A stretch of DNA of 64,000 nucleotides from Candidatus Zixiibacteriota bacterium (GCA_035687145.1 DASRYM010000039.1:1219-65218); one strand, 5' to 3'. Numbered from the stretch's first letter, positions 1-9,667 are shown. The notes: generated by a model not told the origin, from the sequence alone. Numbers and translations: made by a program.

Positions 1-569
1 CGTTGGTCGGCACCCGCCCGATCTCGTCGATGACCTCGGTGCCGGCGGTCACGCGCCCGATGATGGTGTAGAGGCGGTCGAGCCGATCGTCGAGATCGGT
101 CAGGTTGATGAAGAACTGGCTCCCGTTGGTGTCCGTGCCACCCGCGTTGGCCATGGCCACCACGTACGGATCGTAGGTCAGACCCTCGGCCGGCGGCTCG
201 ATGACGAAGCGGTAGCCGGGGCCGCCGGTCCCGAGACCGGCGAAGTCGCCGCGGTTCTGCTTCGTCTGCGGGTCTCCGGCCTGGGCCACGAAGCCGGCGA
301 TGATCCGATGGAAGCTGATGCCGTCGTAGAAGCCGCAGCGGGCGAGGGCCACGAAGTTGGCGACCGCGATGGGCGCCGCGTCCGAGGCCAGCTCGATCGC
401 GAACGTACCCTTGTTGGTGGTCACCTCCACCGACCGCACGTCCCCGATCACGTCGGCCGCCTGCTCGGCGGATGGCGCGCCGGCCGGGCAGGGTGGCGGG
501 GTCTCGGCGGGACCGCCGCAGGCGGTGGTCAGCACCGCGACCAGGGACAGGGCGGCCAGCCGCTTCATC
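1..569 (-). CDS. peptidyl-prolyl cis-trans isomerase, cyclophilin type, lipoprotein signal (5' part inside window; runs off window start)
   Basis: Reverse-strand translation MKRLAALSLVAVLTTACGG...FHRIIAGFVAQAGDP...GSQFFI is typical of cyclophilin PPIases. The ATG at 569 overlaps the TGA of the upstream DUF885 gene (ATGA). Confidence 0.7.
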
Positions 570-2229
570 GGTCCATTGCCTGGGGCACGACGTCAAACAG
601 GCGCTCGGCAAGGCTGATCGGCATGGTCCCTCCGTAGAGCAGGGTGTCGTGGAAGCGGCGCAGCGAGAAGGCCGGGCCCAGGCGCCGCTCGACCCGCTCG
701 CGGAGCCGGTCGAACATGTGACGCCCGTACAGGTAGCTGAGCTGGTAGGTGGGCGTGCTGGTGTAGCGCCTCACCTCGGCCAAGGCACCGGGGCGCTCCA
801 AGCCGGTCTTCTCGACCAGGAAGTCCACCGCCTCCTCGAAGCTGATGTCACCGCGGTGCAGGCGGATGTCCAAGATGATGCGCACCGCCCGCCAGATGGC
901 GTCGGTGTGCTGGATGTACCGATGGGCGGGCGTGGCGTCGAAGCCGGCCTCCTTCATCATCCGCTCGCAGTAGAACGCCCAACCCTCGACGAACTCGGCC
1001 GCCGAAAGGTTGAGGCACCGCACCAGGCTCGGGTTGGTGATCGCCGCCGCCAGCTGCAGGTGGTGGCCCGGATAGGCCTCGTGGACGCTGGTGTTGCTGA
1101 TCGACGCGTAGTTGTGCTCGCGCCACATGCTCGGCTCGGATGGCGGCGTGACGATGTAGATGCCGACCGGGTCCGGGTCGAAGCGCGGCGGGATGTAGTA
1201 GGCGGCGAACGGGATGAGGTGACGCTGGTGGACCGGCGTCTCGATCACCCGCAGCTCGTCGCGCGGCGGCATGGTGGCCAGCTCGTGCTCCACCACGAAG
1301 GCGCGGGCGCGGGCGATCGACTCGCGGTAGGCCTCCAGCGCCTCGGGGAAGGTGGCCGGGTGGTCGTTCTTCACCAGGTCGGCGACCTCGCGCGGGTCGA
1401 GCAGCGGGTCGATCTCGGTGGCGACGGCGTCGCGCGCCGCGGTCTCGGCGGCCAGGATCTCCTCGCCCACGGCCACGATCTCGTCGCCGTCGGCGGCCAG
1501 CGCCCGCAGCCGGATCAGCTCCTCCAGCCCGTCGCGGCCGGCCCGCCAGTCGGCCTCGGCGCGCGGCAGGGCCTCGTGGCGCAGCCAGTCGGCATGCTCG
1601 GCCAGGGCGCGGCGCGCGCCGTCGACGGCGGTGCGCAGGCGGTCGACCACGGCCGCGTCCACGTGCTCGGCCTGGGCCGCGGCCAGGATGGCGTCCAGGA
1701 ACTCCGGCAGTCGCTCGGTGGCCTCCAGGTCGATCTCCAGCCAGATGCGCACCGGCGCGTCCAGGCGGGTGCGGGTGGCGGCCAGGTGGCGCGGCGCGTC
1801 CTCCAGCCGGGCGGCGATCGACGCCAGGCGCACCTCGGCCGGCGCGAAGTCGCGGGTGAAGAGGGGGAACAGGGCGTCGCCGATGTGCTCCGCCCCGCGG
1901 GTGCTGCCCGCCCACTGGCGTCGCTCGGTGAGCTGGTGATGGGCCAGCCGCGACTCGTGGATGACCAGGTCGCGGTCCAGCGCCCGGTCCGGCGTCAGCT
2001 CCGACGGGTCGAAACGCTCCATCTCCGTGATGGTCGCCCGGTGGAAGGCGGCCAGCGCCTCGATCTCCTCGCGGTCTCCACCGGCCAGCCGGTGGTCGTG
2101 ATCGTGGATGCCGATGTAGGTCGCCTCGAGCGGATCCAGCTCCAGGAGCTGGCGGAACCAGCGGTCCACGGTGCGGTCGAAGCGTGCGTCGGCGTCGGAT
2201 GGCGGGGATTGGCGGTCGGTCGGCAGCAT
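565..2229 (-). CDS. DUF885 family protein (putative metallopeptidase-like)
   Basis: 554-aa ORF with an HEAYPGHH motif and overall similarity to DUF885 proteins. High GC3 codon bias. Confidence 0.75.
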   Translation of the reverse strand: MLPTDRQSPPSDADARFDRTVDRWFRQLLELDPLEATYIGIHDHDHRLAGGDREEIEALAAFHRATITEMERFDPSELTPDRALDRDLVIHESRLAHHQLTERRQWAGSTRGAEHIGDALFPLFTRDFAPAEVRLASIAARLEDAPRHLAATRTRLDAPVRIWLEIDLEATERLPEFLDAILAAAQAEHVDAAVVDRLRTAVDGARRALAEHADWLRHEALPRAEADWRAGRDGLEELIRLRALAADGDEIVAVGEEILAAETAARDAVATEIDPLLDPREVADLVKNDHPATFPEALEAYRESIARARAFVVEHELATMPPRDELRVIETPVHQRHLIPFAAYYIPPRFDPDPVGIYIVTPPSEPSMWREHNYASISNTSVHEAYPGHHLQLAAAITNPSLVRCLNLSAAEFVEGWAFYCERMMKEAGFDATPAHRYIQHTDAIWRAVRIILDIRLHRGDISFEEAVDFLVEKTGLERPGALAEVRRYTSTPTYQLSYLYGRHMFDRLRERVERRLGPAFSLRRFHDTLLYGGTMPISLAERLFDVVPQAMDR

Positions 2230-2276
2230 TAGCCCTCGCGTGGACGGCTGGAAAGTCGCGGCTACGGCCGGCCGGG

Positions 2277-3392
2277 CTAACCGTCAGAGGCGGCGGCCTC
2301 GGTCAGCGTGCGCGCGAGGAAGCCTAGCACCCAGTCGCGGTAGTCGTCGGGGCAGGCACTGGCCGATTGCCCGTGCCCGGCCGCCGGGCAGAGCTGGAGC
2401 TCGGCCTGCGAGCCGCCATCCTGCGCGGCGGCCAGCAGGTCGTGCGGGTCGTTAGGGCCCATGGAGCCGTCGGCGCCGCCGGCGATGATCAGCACCGGCC
2501 CGTCGTAGCGCTCGATGGCCTGCACCGGGTCCGCCGCACTCATGTCGGCCCCGGTGCGCAACAGGCCGCCCAGCAGGATGGCCCATGCTCCGGGCACCGA
2601 CAGCGGGTAGCCGGCCCGGGCCAGGCGCGCGTCGAGGGCATTGGCCAGCGTGGCGTGGGTGGACTCCAGGATGAGAGCGTCGATCCGGTCGTCCGAGACC
2701 GCGGTGTTCACGGCCACTGCCCCGCCCATCGAGATACCCCACACCGCCACGGCCGGCGGCCCCTTGGTCGCCTCCAGCCAGTCCAGGACAGCACCCAGGT
2801 CGGCGCGCTCTCGCACGCCCACGGTCGTCGGCGCCGCCTCGCTCTGGCCGTGGTTACGGAAGTCGAAGAGCACCACGTTGTAGGCGTCGTGCAGCACCTC
2901 GGCCTGTCGCAGCAGGGTGCTCTTGTTCGCGCCATGGCCGTGGGCCAGCACCACGGTGGGTCCCTCCGGCCCGATGCCGGACGCCGCCGGCACGTACCAG
3001 CCGGCGATGCTGACCCCGTCGGCGGTCACCAGCTCGCTGCCGGCCTGGGCGCCCTGCGACGGGCAGTCGGCCGCGTCCGGGTAGGCGGCCAGCACCCCAT
3101 CGGTGGCCTGGTCATAGTTGATGGCCTCATAAGCCCCACCGAACGCGCTTTCGGGCGTCCGGCAGTCCCGGCTCGGCAGCGGCGGATCGACAACCTGGGC
3201 CGATCCGACGAAGCCGACGTAGGCCAGGTAGGTGAGGGTGGCCACCAGCAGGGCGATGGGGGCGAAGCTCAGCCAGCGCCGGAGGGCGGCTGACCGGGCT
3301 GCGCGCCGTTGCTCGGGCAGCTCGTACGGCACGGGCCGGAGTATAGGTTCGCGCCGGTCCCGATCGTCACCTACAATCCCGCGGATGGCCAT
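2277..3392 (-). CDS. alpha/beta hydrolase with N-terminal transmembrane anchor
   Basis: Only the C-terminal 372 aa of the 614-aa ORF look genuine: MAIRGIV... then a TM segment then a GISMGG serine-hydrolase nucleophile elbow. ATG at 3392. Confidence 0.65.
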   Translation of the reverse strand: MAIRGIVGDDRDRREPILRPVPYELPEQRRAARSAALRRWLSFAPIALLVATLTYLAYVGFVGSAQVVDPPLPSRDCRTPESAFGGAYEAINYDQATDGVLAAYPDAADCPSQGAQAGSELVTADGVSIAGWYVPAASGIGPEGPTVVLAHGHGANKSTLLRQAEVLHDAYNVVLFDFRNHGQSEAAPTTVGVRERADLGAVLDWLEATKGPPAVAVWGISMGGAVAVNTAVSDDRIDALILESTHATLANALDARLARAGYPLSVPGAWAILLGGLLRTGADMSAADPVQAIERYDGPVLIIAGGADGSMGPNDPHDLLAAAQDGGSQAELQLCPAAGHGQSASACPDDYRDWVLGFLARTLTEAAASDG

Positions 3393-3897
3393 CCGAACTC
3401 GTGGTCGCGCCGCGGCGCGACCCGCGCCCACCGGACGCACCGCCACCCGCTCCGCACGCCCGCGGGCCCACTCGCTCGCGCCGGCGCACCTCGGCGAGGC
3501 GGGGGCGGCGGCCGTCCTGGCGCTGGTGGTGCTGGGGCTGGCCACCTTCATCGTGGCCCTGGCCATGATCGTGTCCGGGATCACCATCGCCGGCCGCTTC
3601 GGCGGCTCGCCGCCGCCCAACGTGGGCAGCCTGGGGCTGGGGCAGATCATCGGCGGCGCCGGCCTGCTGCTGCTGGGGCTGGGCCTGTCGGGCTCGGCGC
3701 TGGCGGTGCTGGCCGAGGTGAAGCACAGCCGCCTGGTCGCCGCCGGGCTGTCCGGGCTGGCAGCGGTGCTCTCGATCGCCGGCGCGCTGGTGACCCTGCT
3801 GCAGCCCGGCCGCGAGGTGGTGCTGCCCCTGGCGCTCGGCATCGCGGCCCTGGTCTTCGCCGCGTCCGCCATCCTGCTGGCTCGCCCGCGGCCGTAA
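3385..3897 (+). CDS. small hypothetical integral membrane protein (about 4 TM)
   Basis: MAIRTRG... followed by Gly/Ala/Leu-rich TM helices. The ATG at 3385 lies in the palindrome ATGGCCAT shared with the divergent hydrolase start. Confidence 0.45.
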   Translation: MAIRTRGRAAARPAPTGRTATRSARPRAHSLAPAHLGEAGAAAVLALVVLGLATFIVALAMIVSGITIAGRFGGSPPPNVGSLGLGQIIGGAGLLLLGLGLSGSALAVLAEVKHSRLVAAGLSGLAAVLSIAGALVTLLQPGREVVLPLALGIAALVFAASAILLARPRP

Positions 3898-3914
3898 GGG
3901 CCGCGCCGCGCGGG

Positions 3915-4370
3915 ATGGGCCGTTCCGCGACGCCTGCGACCCTCGTCCTGGGCCTGGCCGGCGTCCTGTTCCTGCTCGGCGGCATCGGCGGCCTCGTCGG
4001 CGGGCTGTACCTGGCGGAGTGGATCCACGCCCAGCTGCCGGAGGTGACCGCCGATGCCGACGCCATCGGCGGCGCAGCCTTCGCCCTGGGCGTGGCGCTG
4101 CTGTTCGTGGCGACGGCGCACCTGGTCCTGGCGCTGGGGGTCGCGCGCCGCTGGCGGGTCATCCTGCTCCCCGCCGCGGTGGTGAGCGCCGGGATGCTGG
4201 TGGCGGTTGCCGGCTGGGGCGTCGCGGCGCTGGTGACCGCGGCCGCCGGGTTGGCCGCGCCCGCGCTGATGCTGCCCGCCGGCGCCGCACTCCTGCTGCT
4301 GGCGGCGGCCTATGGATGGGCCACGCGCGTGGTCATCGGCCTGTGGGGGGAGACCAGGCGGCCCGGCTGA
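3915..4370 (+). CDS. small hypothetical integral membrane protein (about 4 TM), possible paralogue of the preceding gene
   Basis: MGRSATPATLVLGLAGVLFLLGG...; four hydrophobic helices; ATG at 3915. Confidence 0.45.
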   Translation: MGRSATPATLVLGLAGVLFLLGGIGGLVGGLYLAEWIHAQLPEVTADADAIGGAAFALGVALLFVATAHLVLALGVARRWRVILLPAAVVSAGMLVAVAGWGVAALVTAAAGLAAPALMLPAGAALLLLAAAYGWATRVVIGLWGETRRPG

Positions 4371-4415
4371 AGGGGCGCCGGATGGCTGCTATACTCGCGG
4401 CTCCGTCACTTCCCC

Positions 4416-4492
4416 GGGCCCGTGGTGTAGTGGCCTAACATGCCAGCCTGTCACGCTGGAGATCGCCGGTTCGAATCCGGTCGGGCCCGCCA
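4416..4492 (+). tRNA. tRNA-Asp (anticodon GTC)
   Basis: Cloverleaf with 7-bp acceptor stem GGGCCCG/CGGGCCC, D-arm GTGT..ACAT, anticodon stem CCAGC/GCTGG, loop CTGTCAC (GTC), T-arm GCCGG TTCGAATC CGGTC, encoded CCA. Confidence 0.9.
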
Positions 4493-4494
4493 AG

Positions 4495-4511
4495 CGCTTG
4501 CTGGCCAAGCG
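4495..4511 (+). terminator. perfect hairpin CGCTTG-CTGGC-CAAGCG immediately after the tRNA (no T-tract)
   Basis: 6-bp inverted repeat with a 5-nt loop seen directly. Typical of high-GC terminators or processing sites. Confidence 0.35.
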
Positions 4512-4796
4512 AGCAAGCCGCCAGACCGTGCGGGTCGTCTCGAGGATTCAGTGGCACGCGGATCCGCCCCCCGGTCGGCCCGCCAAGCTTTCGCTCGCCG
4601 AGCGACCAGGCGGCATTCTCCCAGGCATTGCCACCCATCCCGAATGACGTGCTGTCATCTGCACGGTCGGGCGGCGGCGCATGGCATGGCTCGCGACGGG
4701 CCCATACCTACCCGGTCGGTTTGGCTGTCTTCGGCATCCGCCGCCGATGAACAACGCCTCACCTCCTGGCACGTTGCGTGCGACCGCGGGCGGCGC

Positions 4797-5675
4797 ATGG
4801 CCGTTCAGCAGCGGGTCGACCGCGTGGGCGAATCGCCGGCGGACGGTGACTCGATCGAGCTCATCGGAAACGCCACCGTCCTCATCCGGTATGGCGCCTT
4901 CACGATCCTCACCGACCCGAACTTCGTCCACCGCGGCGTGGAGGTGCCCCTCGGCTACGGGCTGAGCACCGTCCGCCTCACGAACCCCGCCATGGAGATC
5001 GACCAGCTGCCGCCGCTGGACCTGGTGCTGCTCTCGCACCACCACGGTGACCACTTCGACGAGGTGGCCGAGCGACGCCTGGACCGAACGATCCCGATCG
5101 TGACCACGCCATCGGCCGCCGATACGCTGCGCGGGCAGGGCTTCGGGGCGGCGCGTGGGTTGGAGACCTGGCGTTCCGTCGAGCTGGCGAAGGGAGAGGA
5201 CCGGCTGCGGATCAGCGCCATGCCCGGGCAGCACGCCAGCGGCGTCATCTCGGTGGCGCTTCCCGACGTGATGGGCTCGCTCCTCGAGTTCTGGCGCGGG
5301 GCCGATGCCTCCCGGACGCCACGGCGCCGTCGGCCGGCCGCTGACGGCGATCGGCCGCCATCGCTCCGCCTCTACATCAGCGGGGACACGGTCGTCTACG
5401 ACGGCCTGGACGAGATCCCCCGCCGCCACCCGGAGATCGACCTGGCCCTCCTGCACCTGGGCGGGACGCGGGTGGTGGGGGCGACGGTCAGCATGGACGC
5501 CGAGCAGGGCGTCGATCTCCTGCGGCGGGTTCGGCCGAGGATGGCGATCCCCATCCACTACGCCGACTACGAGGCCTTCAAGTCACCGCTCGCCGACTTC
5601 GTGGCGGCGGTCAACGCCGCGGGGTGGGACGACCGGGTCTCCTACCTGCTGGCCGGCGACCGCTTCGTCCTGTAG
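4797..5675 (+). CDS. MBL-fold metallo-hydrolase
   Basis: SHHHGDH (HxHxDH) motif and beta-lactamase-fold layout. The ATG at 4797 is chosen because the first beta-strand IELIGNATVLI follows. An earlier start at 4686 is possible. Confidence 0.7.
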   Translation: MAVQQRVDRVGESPADGDSIELIGNATVLIRYGAFTILTDPNFVHRGVEVPLGYGLSTVRLTNPAMEIDQLPPLDLVLLSHHHGDHFDEVAERRLDRTIPIVTTPSAADTLRGQGFGAARGLETWRSVELAKGEDRLRISAMPGQHASGVISVALPDVMGSLLEFWRGADASRTPRRRRPAADGDRPPSLRLYISGDTVVYDGLDEIPRRHPEIDLALLHLGGTRVVGATVSMDAEQGVDLLRRVRPRMAIPIHYADYEAFKSPLADFVAAVNAAGWDDRVSYLLAGDRFVL

Positions 5676-5704
5676 CCAGCGGGCCGCCGCGTCCGCCCGC
5701 ACCG

Positions 5705-6544
5705 TCAGCCGCTTCGCGCGCCGCCCGCGGCCCGCTGCACCGCGTCCTGCATGGCCCGCTGCGACGACTCCTCCACCGCCTCGCGCTCCTCGCGCTCCTG
5801 GCGTCGCAGGTGCGACTCGGTGATGACCCGGGCCACCTCCTCGACCGAATCGGTCACCGTCAGCAGGTCCAGGTCCTGGGGGCTGATCTTCTCCTCGTAC
5901 AACGGCCTGGCCCGGATCCACTGCAGCAGGCCGCCCCAGTAGTCGGTCCCGAACAGGACCACCGGGAAGTGCTCGACCTTGCCGGTCTGGATCAGGGTCA
6001 GCGACTCGAACAGCTCGTCCAGGGTGCCGAAGCCGCCGGGGAAGATGACGAAGCCCACGGCGTACTTCACGAACATCATCTTCCGCACGAAGAAGTAGCG
6101 GAACTCCATGCCCAGGTCGACGTACTCGTTCAGGCCCTGCTCGAAGGGCAGCTCGATGTTGCAGCCGATGGACATGGCGCCCACCTCGTGGGCTCCCCGG
6201 TTGGCGGCCTCCATCACCCCTGGCCCGCCGCCGGTGATGATCGCGAAGCCCCGCCGTCCGAGCTCGGCCGCCACCCGCCGCGCGGCGCCGTAGTAGCGGT
6301 TGCGCCGCCCGATCCGCGCCGAGCCGAAGACGCTGACCGCCGGACCGATGCCGGCCAGGGCGTCGAAGCCCTCCACGAACTCGCCCATGATCCGCAGCGT
6401 GCGCCACGTATCCGAGGCGCGGACCTCGGCGGTCGGCTGGGGGCGCAGCAGCTCCTGGTCCTCGGTGCGATGGGGCTGCCGTTGGTCGCCCCGCATGACG
6501 ATGGCGCCCCGGCGTCGCTCGGGCTCTCTCTTGCGTCGTGGCAT
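5705..6544 (-). CDS. LOG family protein (TIGR00730; cytokinin riboside 5'-monophosphate phosphoribohydrolase-like)
   Basis: GGGPGVMEA and PGGFGTLDELFE motifs. ATG at 6544 is preceded by an AGGAG RBS. Confidence 0.8.
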   Translation of the reverse strand: MPRRKREPERRRGAIVMRGDQRQPHRTEDQELLRPQPTAEVRASDTWRTLRIMGEFVEGFDALAGIGPAVSVFGSARIGRRNRYYGAARRVAAELGRRGFAIITGGGPGVMEAANRGAHEVGAMSIGCNIELPFEQGLNEYVDLGMEFRYFFVRKMMFVKYAVGFVIFPGGFGTLDELFESLTLIQTGKVEHFPVVLFGTDYWGGLLQWIRARPLYEEKISPQDLDLLTVTDSVEEVARVITESHLRRQEREEREAVEESSQRAMQDAVQRAAGGARSG

Positions 6545-6687
6545 GCCTTCGGCTCCTGTGGTACGTTCCCGCAGTCCCGCTGGAGGCCCGCTGAGCGCGC
6601 GGCTTCCGGGCCGCGCTCGAACGGTCGCATCACCGGCCGGACGGCCGGGGTCCGAGGGACGATGGACCAAGCTCAACGAGGATTCTA

Positions 6688-7335
6688 TTGCCGGACCTGC
6701 TGCGGCGCGTCGCCGCCCTGGCCGTGATCAGCGCCCTCGGCATCGCGCTTCTCCTGCCGCTCACCGCTCGCTCAGCCACTCCCAGCTCGGAGGCCGTCGA
6801 TCGTCTGCTCGACGCCGCCGATCGCGCCAGCCTCTCCACCCTGGACCGCGGCTCGCTCCAGGGCCGCAACCAGCCCGCCACGCTGACGCTCATGGAGCGT
6901 GGAACCACCATCGGCCCCGAGTCATTGAGCACCACCGCCCTGCCCACGCCGGCCTCGGCGCCCATGCAGGCGAAGCTGTACGCCAACCCCACCCCGCGGC
7001 CGACGCCGCGACCGGCGCCGCCCGTCCCGCCGCCCCAGCCGAACGGTGACACCGTCACCGGCAAGGCGACCTGGTACTGCTGCACCGCCGGCTACCGCGG
7101 CCAGGCGGTGGTGGCTCTGCCCGGGGCCTTGGGCGGCCGCTACGACCCCCCGCCCGCCGCGCGCTCGGTCACGGTGTGTGCCGATCGCTGCGTGGTGCTG
7201 CCCGTGGTCGACTACTGCGGCTGCCACTGGGGCACGGCCAACCAGAAGGTCGCCGACCTCTCGCCGGAGGCCTGGGCGGCGGTCAGCGACGCGCCCACCA
7301 GCCGGGGCGTGATCACGGTCACCATCCGGCTCTAG
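6688..7335 (+). CDS. secreted RlpA-like / double-psi beta-barrel domain protein
   Basis: Signal peptide, a Pro-rich linker, then GKATWYCC...GRYD...C-rich DPBB-like domain. TTG start. Confidence 0.5.
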   Translation: MPDLLRRVAALAVISALGIALLLPLTARSATPSSEAVDRLLDAADRASLSTLDRGSLQGRNQPATLTLMERGTTIGPESLSTTALPTPASAPMQAKLYANPTPRPTPRPAPPVPPPQPNGDTVTGKATWYCCTAGYRGQAVVALPGALGGRYDPPPAARSVTVCADRCVVLPVVDYCGCHWGTANQKVADLSPEAWAAVSDAPTSRGVITVTIRL

Positions 7336-7372
7336 GCGCTCGGCCCCCGGCCGCCCGCGGTAGCATCGGTCC

Positions 7373-7816
7373 ATGCTCCGCCCCCTCGGCATCGGTCACG
7401 TGGTGCTGAAGGTGCGCGACCTCGACCGGTCGCTCGCCTTCTACCGTGACCTGCTGGGATTCAGCGTGTCGGGTGAGATGAGCAACGTGATGGTCTTCCT
7501 GACCGCCACCGGCGAGAACCACCATGACCTCGCCCTGCTGCGGGTGGGGGCCAACGCGCCCTCGCCGCTCCCGACCGCGGTGGGCCTCTACCACGTCGCG
7601 ATCCGGCTGCCCGACCTGGACGCGCTCCGCGAGGCACGCGATATCCTCGCCCGGCGCGGCCTGCTGAAGGGCAGCGCCGACCACGGGGTCAGCCGCTCGC
7701 TGTACACGGCCGATCCGGACGGCAACGACATCGAGCTCTACTGCGACGCGCCGCGCGAGGAGTGGGAGGGCCGCGTCCACGAGGTGATGACCGTCCGGCC
7801 GCTGGACCTCGACTGA
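7373..7816 (+). CDS. VOC family protein (glyoxalase/bleomycin resistance/dioxygenase fold)
   Basis: GHVVLKVRDLDRSLAFYRDLLGF... pattern typical of VOC proteins. Confidence 0.75.
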   Translation: MLRPLGIGHVVLKVRDLDRSLAFYRDLLGFSVSGEMSNVMVFLTATGENHHDLALLRVGANAPSPLPTAVGLYHVAIRLPDLDALREARDILARRGLLKGSADHGVSRSLYTADPDGNDIELYCDAPREEWEGRVHEVMTVRPLDLD

Positions 7817-7852
7817 TTCCTCCGCGGCACGCCAGTTGCTTCCCGGGCGAGC

Positions 7853-8887
7853 GTGCCGTTCCTGCCGTTCATCGTGCTGCTGGCCTGGCAGGCGCTGAGC
7901 AAGTCCGCTTCCTTCGCGCTGGGCTGGGCCACCGCCCTGTACTTCGGGCAGGTGCCCGGCAAGCAGGGGCGCGTCCTGGCCGTGATGTGCCTGGCCGCCG
8001 CGGCCTGGGTGATCCTGACCGCTGGCTTCGCCGTCCCGCTGCTGGTCGGGGCCGTGCTCGACTTCGCGGGCGTGATCGAGCGCAACTTCACGGTGCAGCC
8101 GCTGCACGCCCTGGGCCTGACGGCCGCCATCGTGCTGACCCCCCCGGCGCTGGCGGCGGCGACGCTGTGGGCCGAGTTCCACGAGGATCGGTCCGTGGGC
8201 GGCTGGCTGCGGCTGGTACCGGCCAGCTACCCGGCCACCGCCTCGCTGGGCGCCGGCGTGCTGCTCATGGTGCTCATCACCCCGGTGGCGCTGGTGCAGC
8301 GCCTGCTCCGCAAGCGCCGCCTGGTGCAGACCGCGGTCTCCATGCGACCCGACAGCAGCGACGACGACCTGGTCGAGGCGGTCGGCGCCGCACTGCGGTC
8401 GCTCGGCATCGAGCGCATTGCGGTCAAGGAGCAGACGGGCTTCCTGTCCTGGCCGATGCGGACCGTCGGCTTCGCCGCCCGCCACCTCATCGGCGCGGTC
8501 GTCCGCGGTGAGCCGATGCGCCTGGAGGCCGATGGCCTGGACCTGTTCGCCTACGCCACCAACGTGTCGATCATCGGTCCCACGGAGAAGGCCTTCCGCG
8601 CGCGAGCCGCGCTGCAGCGCGAGCTGCCCATGGAGCGGGCGCGGATCACCTGGTCGGACGATGCCCAGGAGCTGGAGGACGCCCTGCTCGACGTGCGCCG
8701 GGAGATGAACGGCGACATCGGCGCCCTGCAGGCCAGGCTGGACGAGATCCAGCACCGGATGGACTCCTGCAGCCTGGACCTGGTGGAGTGGAACCTGCTC
8801 TACCGGCTGCGGCTGCAGGTGGAGCGCGAGGGGCTCCAGGTGGCCAGCGGCGGAAGCGGCGGACGGACCAGGCGACGCGGCGGCTGA
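7853..8887 (+). CDS. hypothetical membrane protein
   Basis: GTG start. N-terminal half has several TM helices; C-terminal half is soluble and charged. No family recognised. Codon bias is consistent with a real gene. Confidence 0.45.
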   Translation: MPFLPFIVLLAWQALSKSASFALGWATALYFGQVPGKQGRVLAVMCLAAAAWVILTAGFAVPLLVGAVLDFAGVIERNFTVQPLHALGLTAAIVLTPPALAAATLWAEFHEDRSVGGWLRLVPASYPATASLGAGVLLMVLITPVALVQRLLRKRRLVQTAVSMRPDSSDDDLVEAVGAALRSLGIERIAVKEQTGFLSWPMRTVGFAARHLIGAVVRGEPMRLEADGLDLFAYATNVSIIGPTEKAFRARAALQRELPMERARITWSDDAQELEDALLDVRREMNGDIGALQARLDEIQHRMDSCSLDLVEWNLLYRLRLQVEREGLQVASGGSGGRTRRRGG

Positions 8888-8905
8888 GCCGCTACCGTTT
8901 GGCTC

Positions 8906-9661
8906 GTGCTGCATCCACTCGTCATCTTCGATGCCGGCTTCACCCTGATCCGGCCCCGCGAGACCTTGGCCGATGCCCTGCATCGCGCCCTGAACGACCA
9001 CGGCCACCAGGCCACGATGGATGAGATCCAGCGCGCCTGGGAGGCGGCCGACGCCTGGTTCTGGGAGAACTACCACCGCCCGGACAACCAGACCTGGACG
9101 TCCGACGAGCGCATCGAGGAGACGTGGCGCTCGTACCACCGCCTGATGCTCGACCATCTCGGCGTGCCCGACGTCGGGCAGGAGCTGATGGAGACCATCC
9201 TGGCCGGCCAGTTCTCGCACGAGTCGTGGGAGCCGTACCCGGAGGCCGTCGAGGCGCTGGAACGGGCGCGCGCCGAGGGGTCGAAGGTGGCCATCGCCAG
9301 CGACTGGGGCTCCACCCTGCCGGACGTGATCCGCGGGGTGGGCCTGGCCGACTACATCGACATCTGGGTGGTGTCGGCCATCGAGGGCGTGGCCAAGCCG
9401 TCGCCCGAGTTCTTCCGCCGCGCCGCCGAGCGCGCCGGGGTGCTGCCCGCGCAGGCGGTCATGATCGGCGACAGCTACCGGGCGGACGTGCTGGGCGCCC
9501 GCTCGGCCGGCATGGACGCCGTCCTGCTCGACCGCAACGGGCATGCCGCCGCCGATGTCGAGGGCCCGGTGGCCGACAGCCTGACCGCGGCCCTGGACCT
9601 GGCCGCCTCGCTGGCGGCCGCCCGCGCCGCCGACGCGCCGGCGGACTGGCCGGTACGCTAG
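8906..9661 (+). CDS. HAD family hydrolase
   Basis: VIFDAGFTLI (DxG/D motif I), later SDW...GD motifs. GTG start. Confidence 0.7.
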   Translation: MLHPLVIFDAGFTLIRPRETLADALHRALNDHGHQATMDEIQRAWEAADAWFWENYHRPDNQTWTSDERIEETWRSYHRLMLDHLGVPDVGQELMETILAGQFSHESWEPYPEAVEALERARAEGSKVAIASDWGSTLPDVIRGVGLADYIDIWVVSAIEGVAKPSPEFFRRAAERAGVLPAQAVMIGDSYRADVLGARSAGMDAVLLDRNGHAAADVEGPVADSLTAALDLAASLAAARAADAPADWPVR

Positions 9662-9667
9662 CCGGCT

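Noticed and set aside
472-2232. 586-aa plus-strand ORF
   Set aside because: Antisense to the DUF885 gene. Arg/Gly-rich, no motifs.
4416-4800. genomic island or integrase at tRNA-Asp
   Set aside because: Only a short duplicated tRNA 3' segment is present. No integrase, phage or transposase gene follows, and the next genes are ordinary chromosomal ones.
6545-6687. possible c-di-AMP (ydaO-type) riboswitch upstream of the RlpA-like secreted protein
   Set aside because: Context is suggestive (cell-wall hydrolase genes in actinobacteria often carry ydaO leaders). But I could not find the conserved GGGGA..CCCA / GGUGAAUC-type elements in the 143-nt leader.
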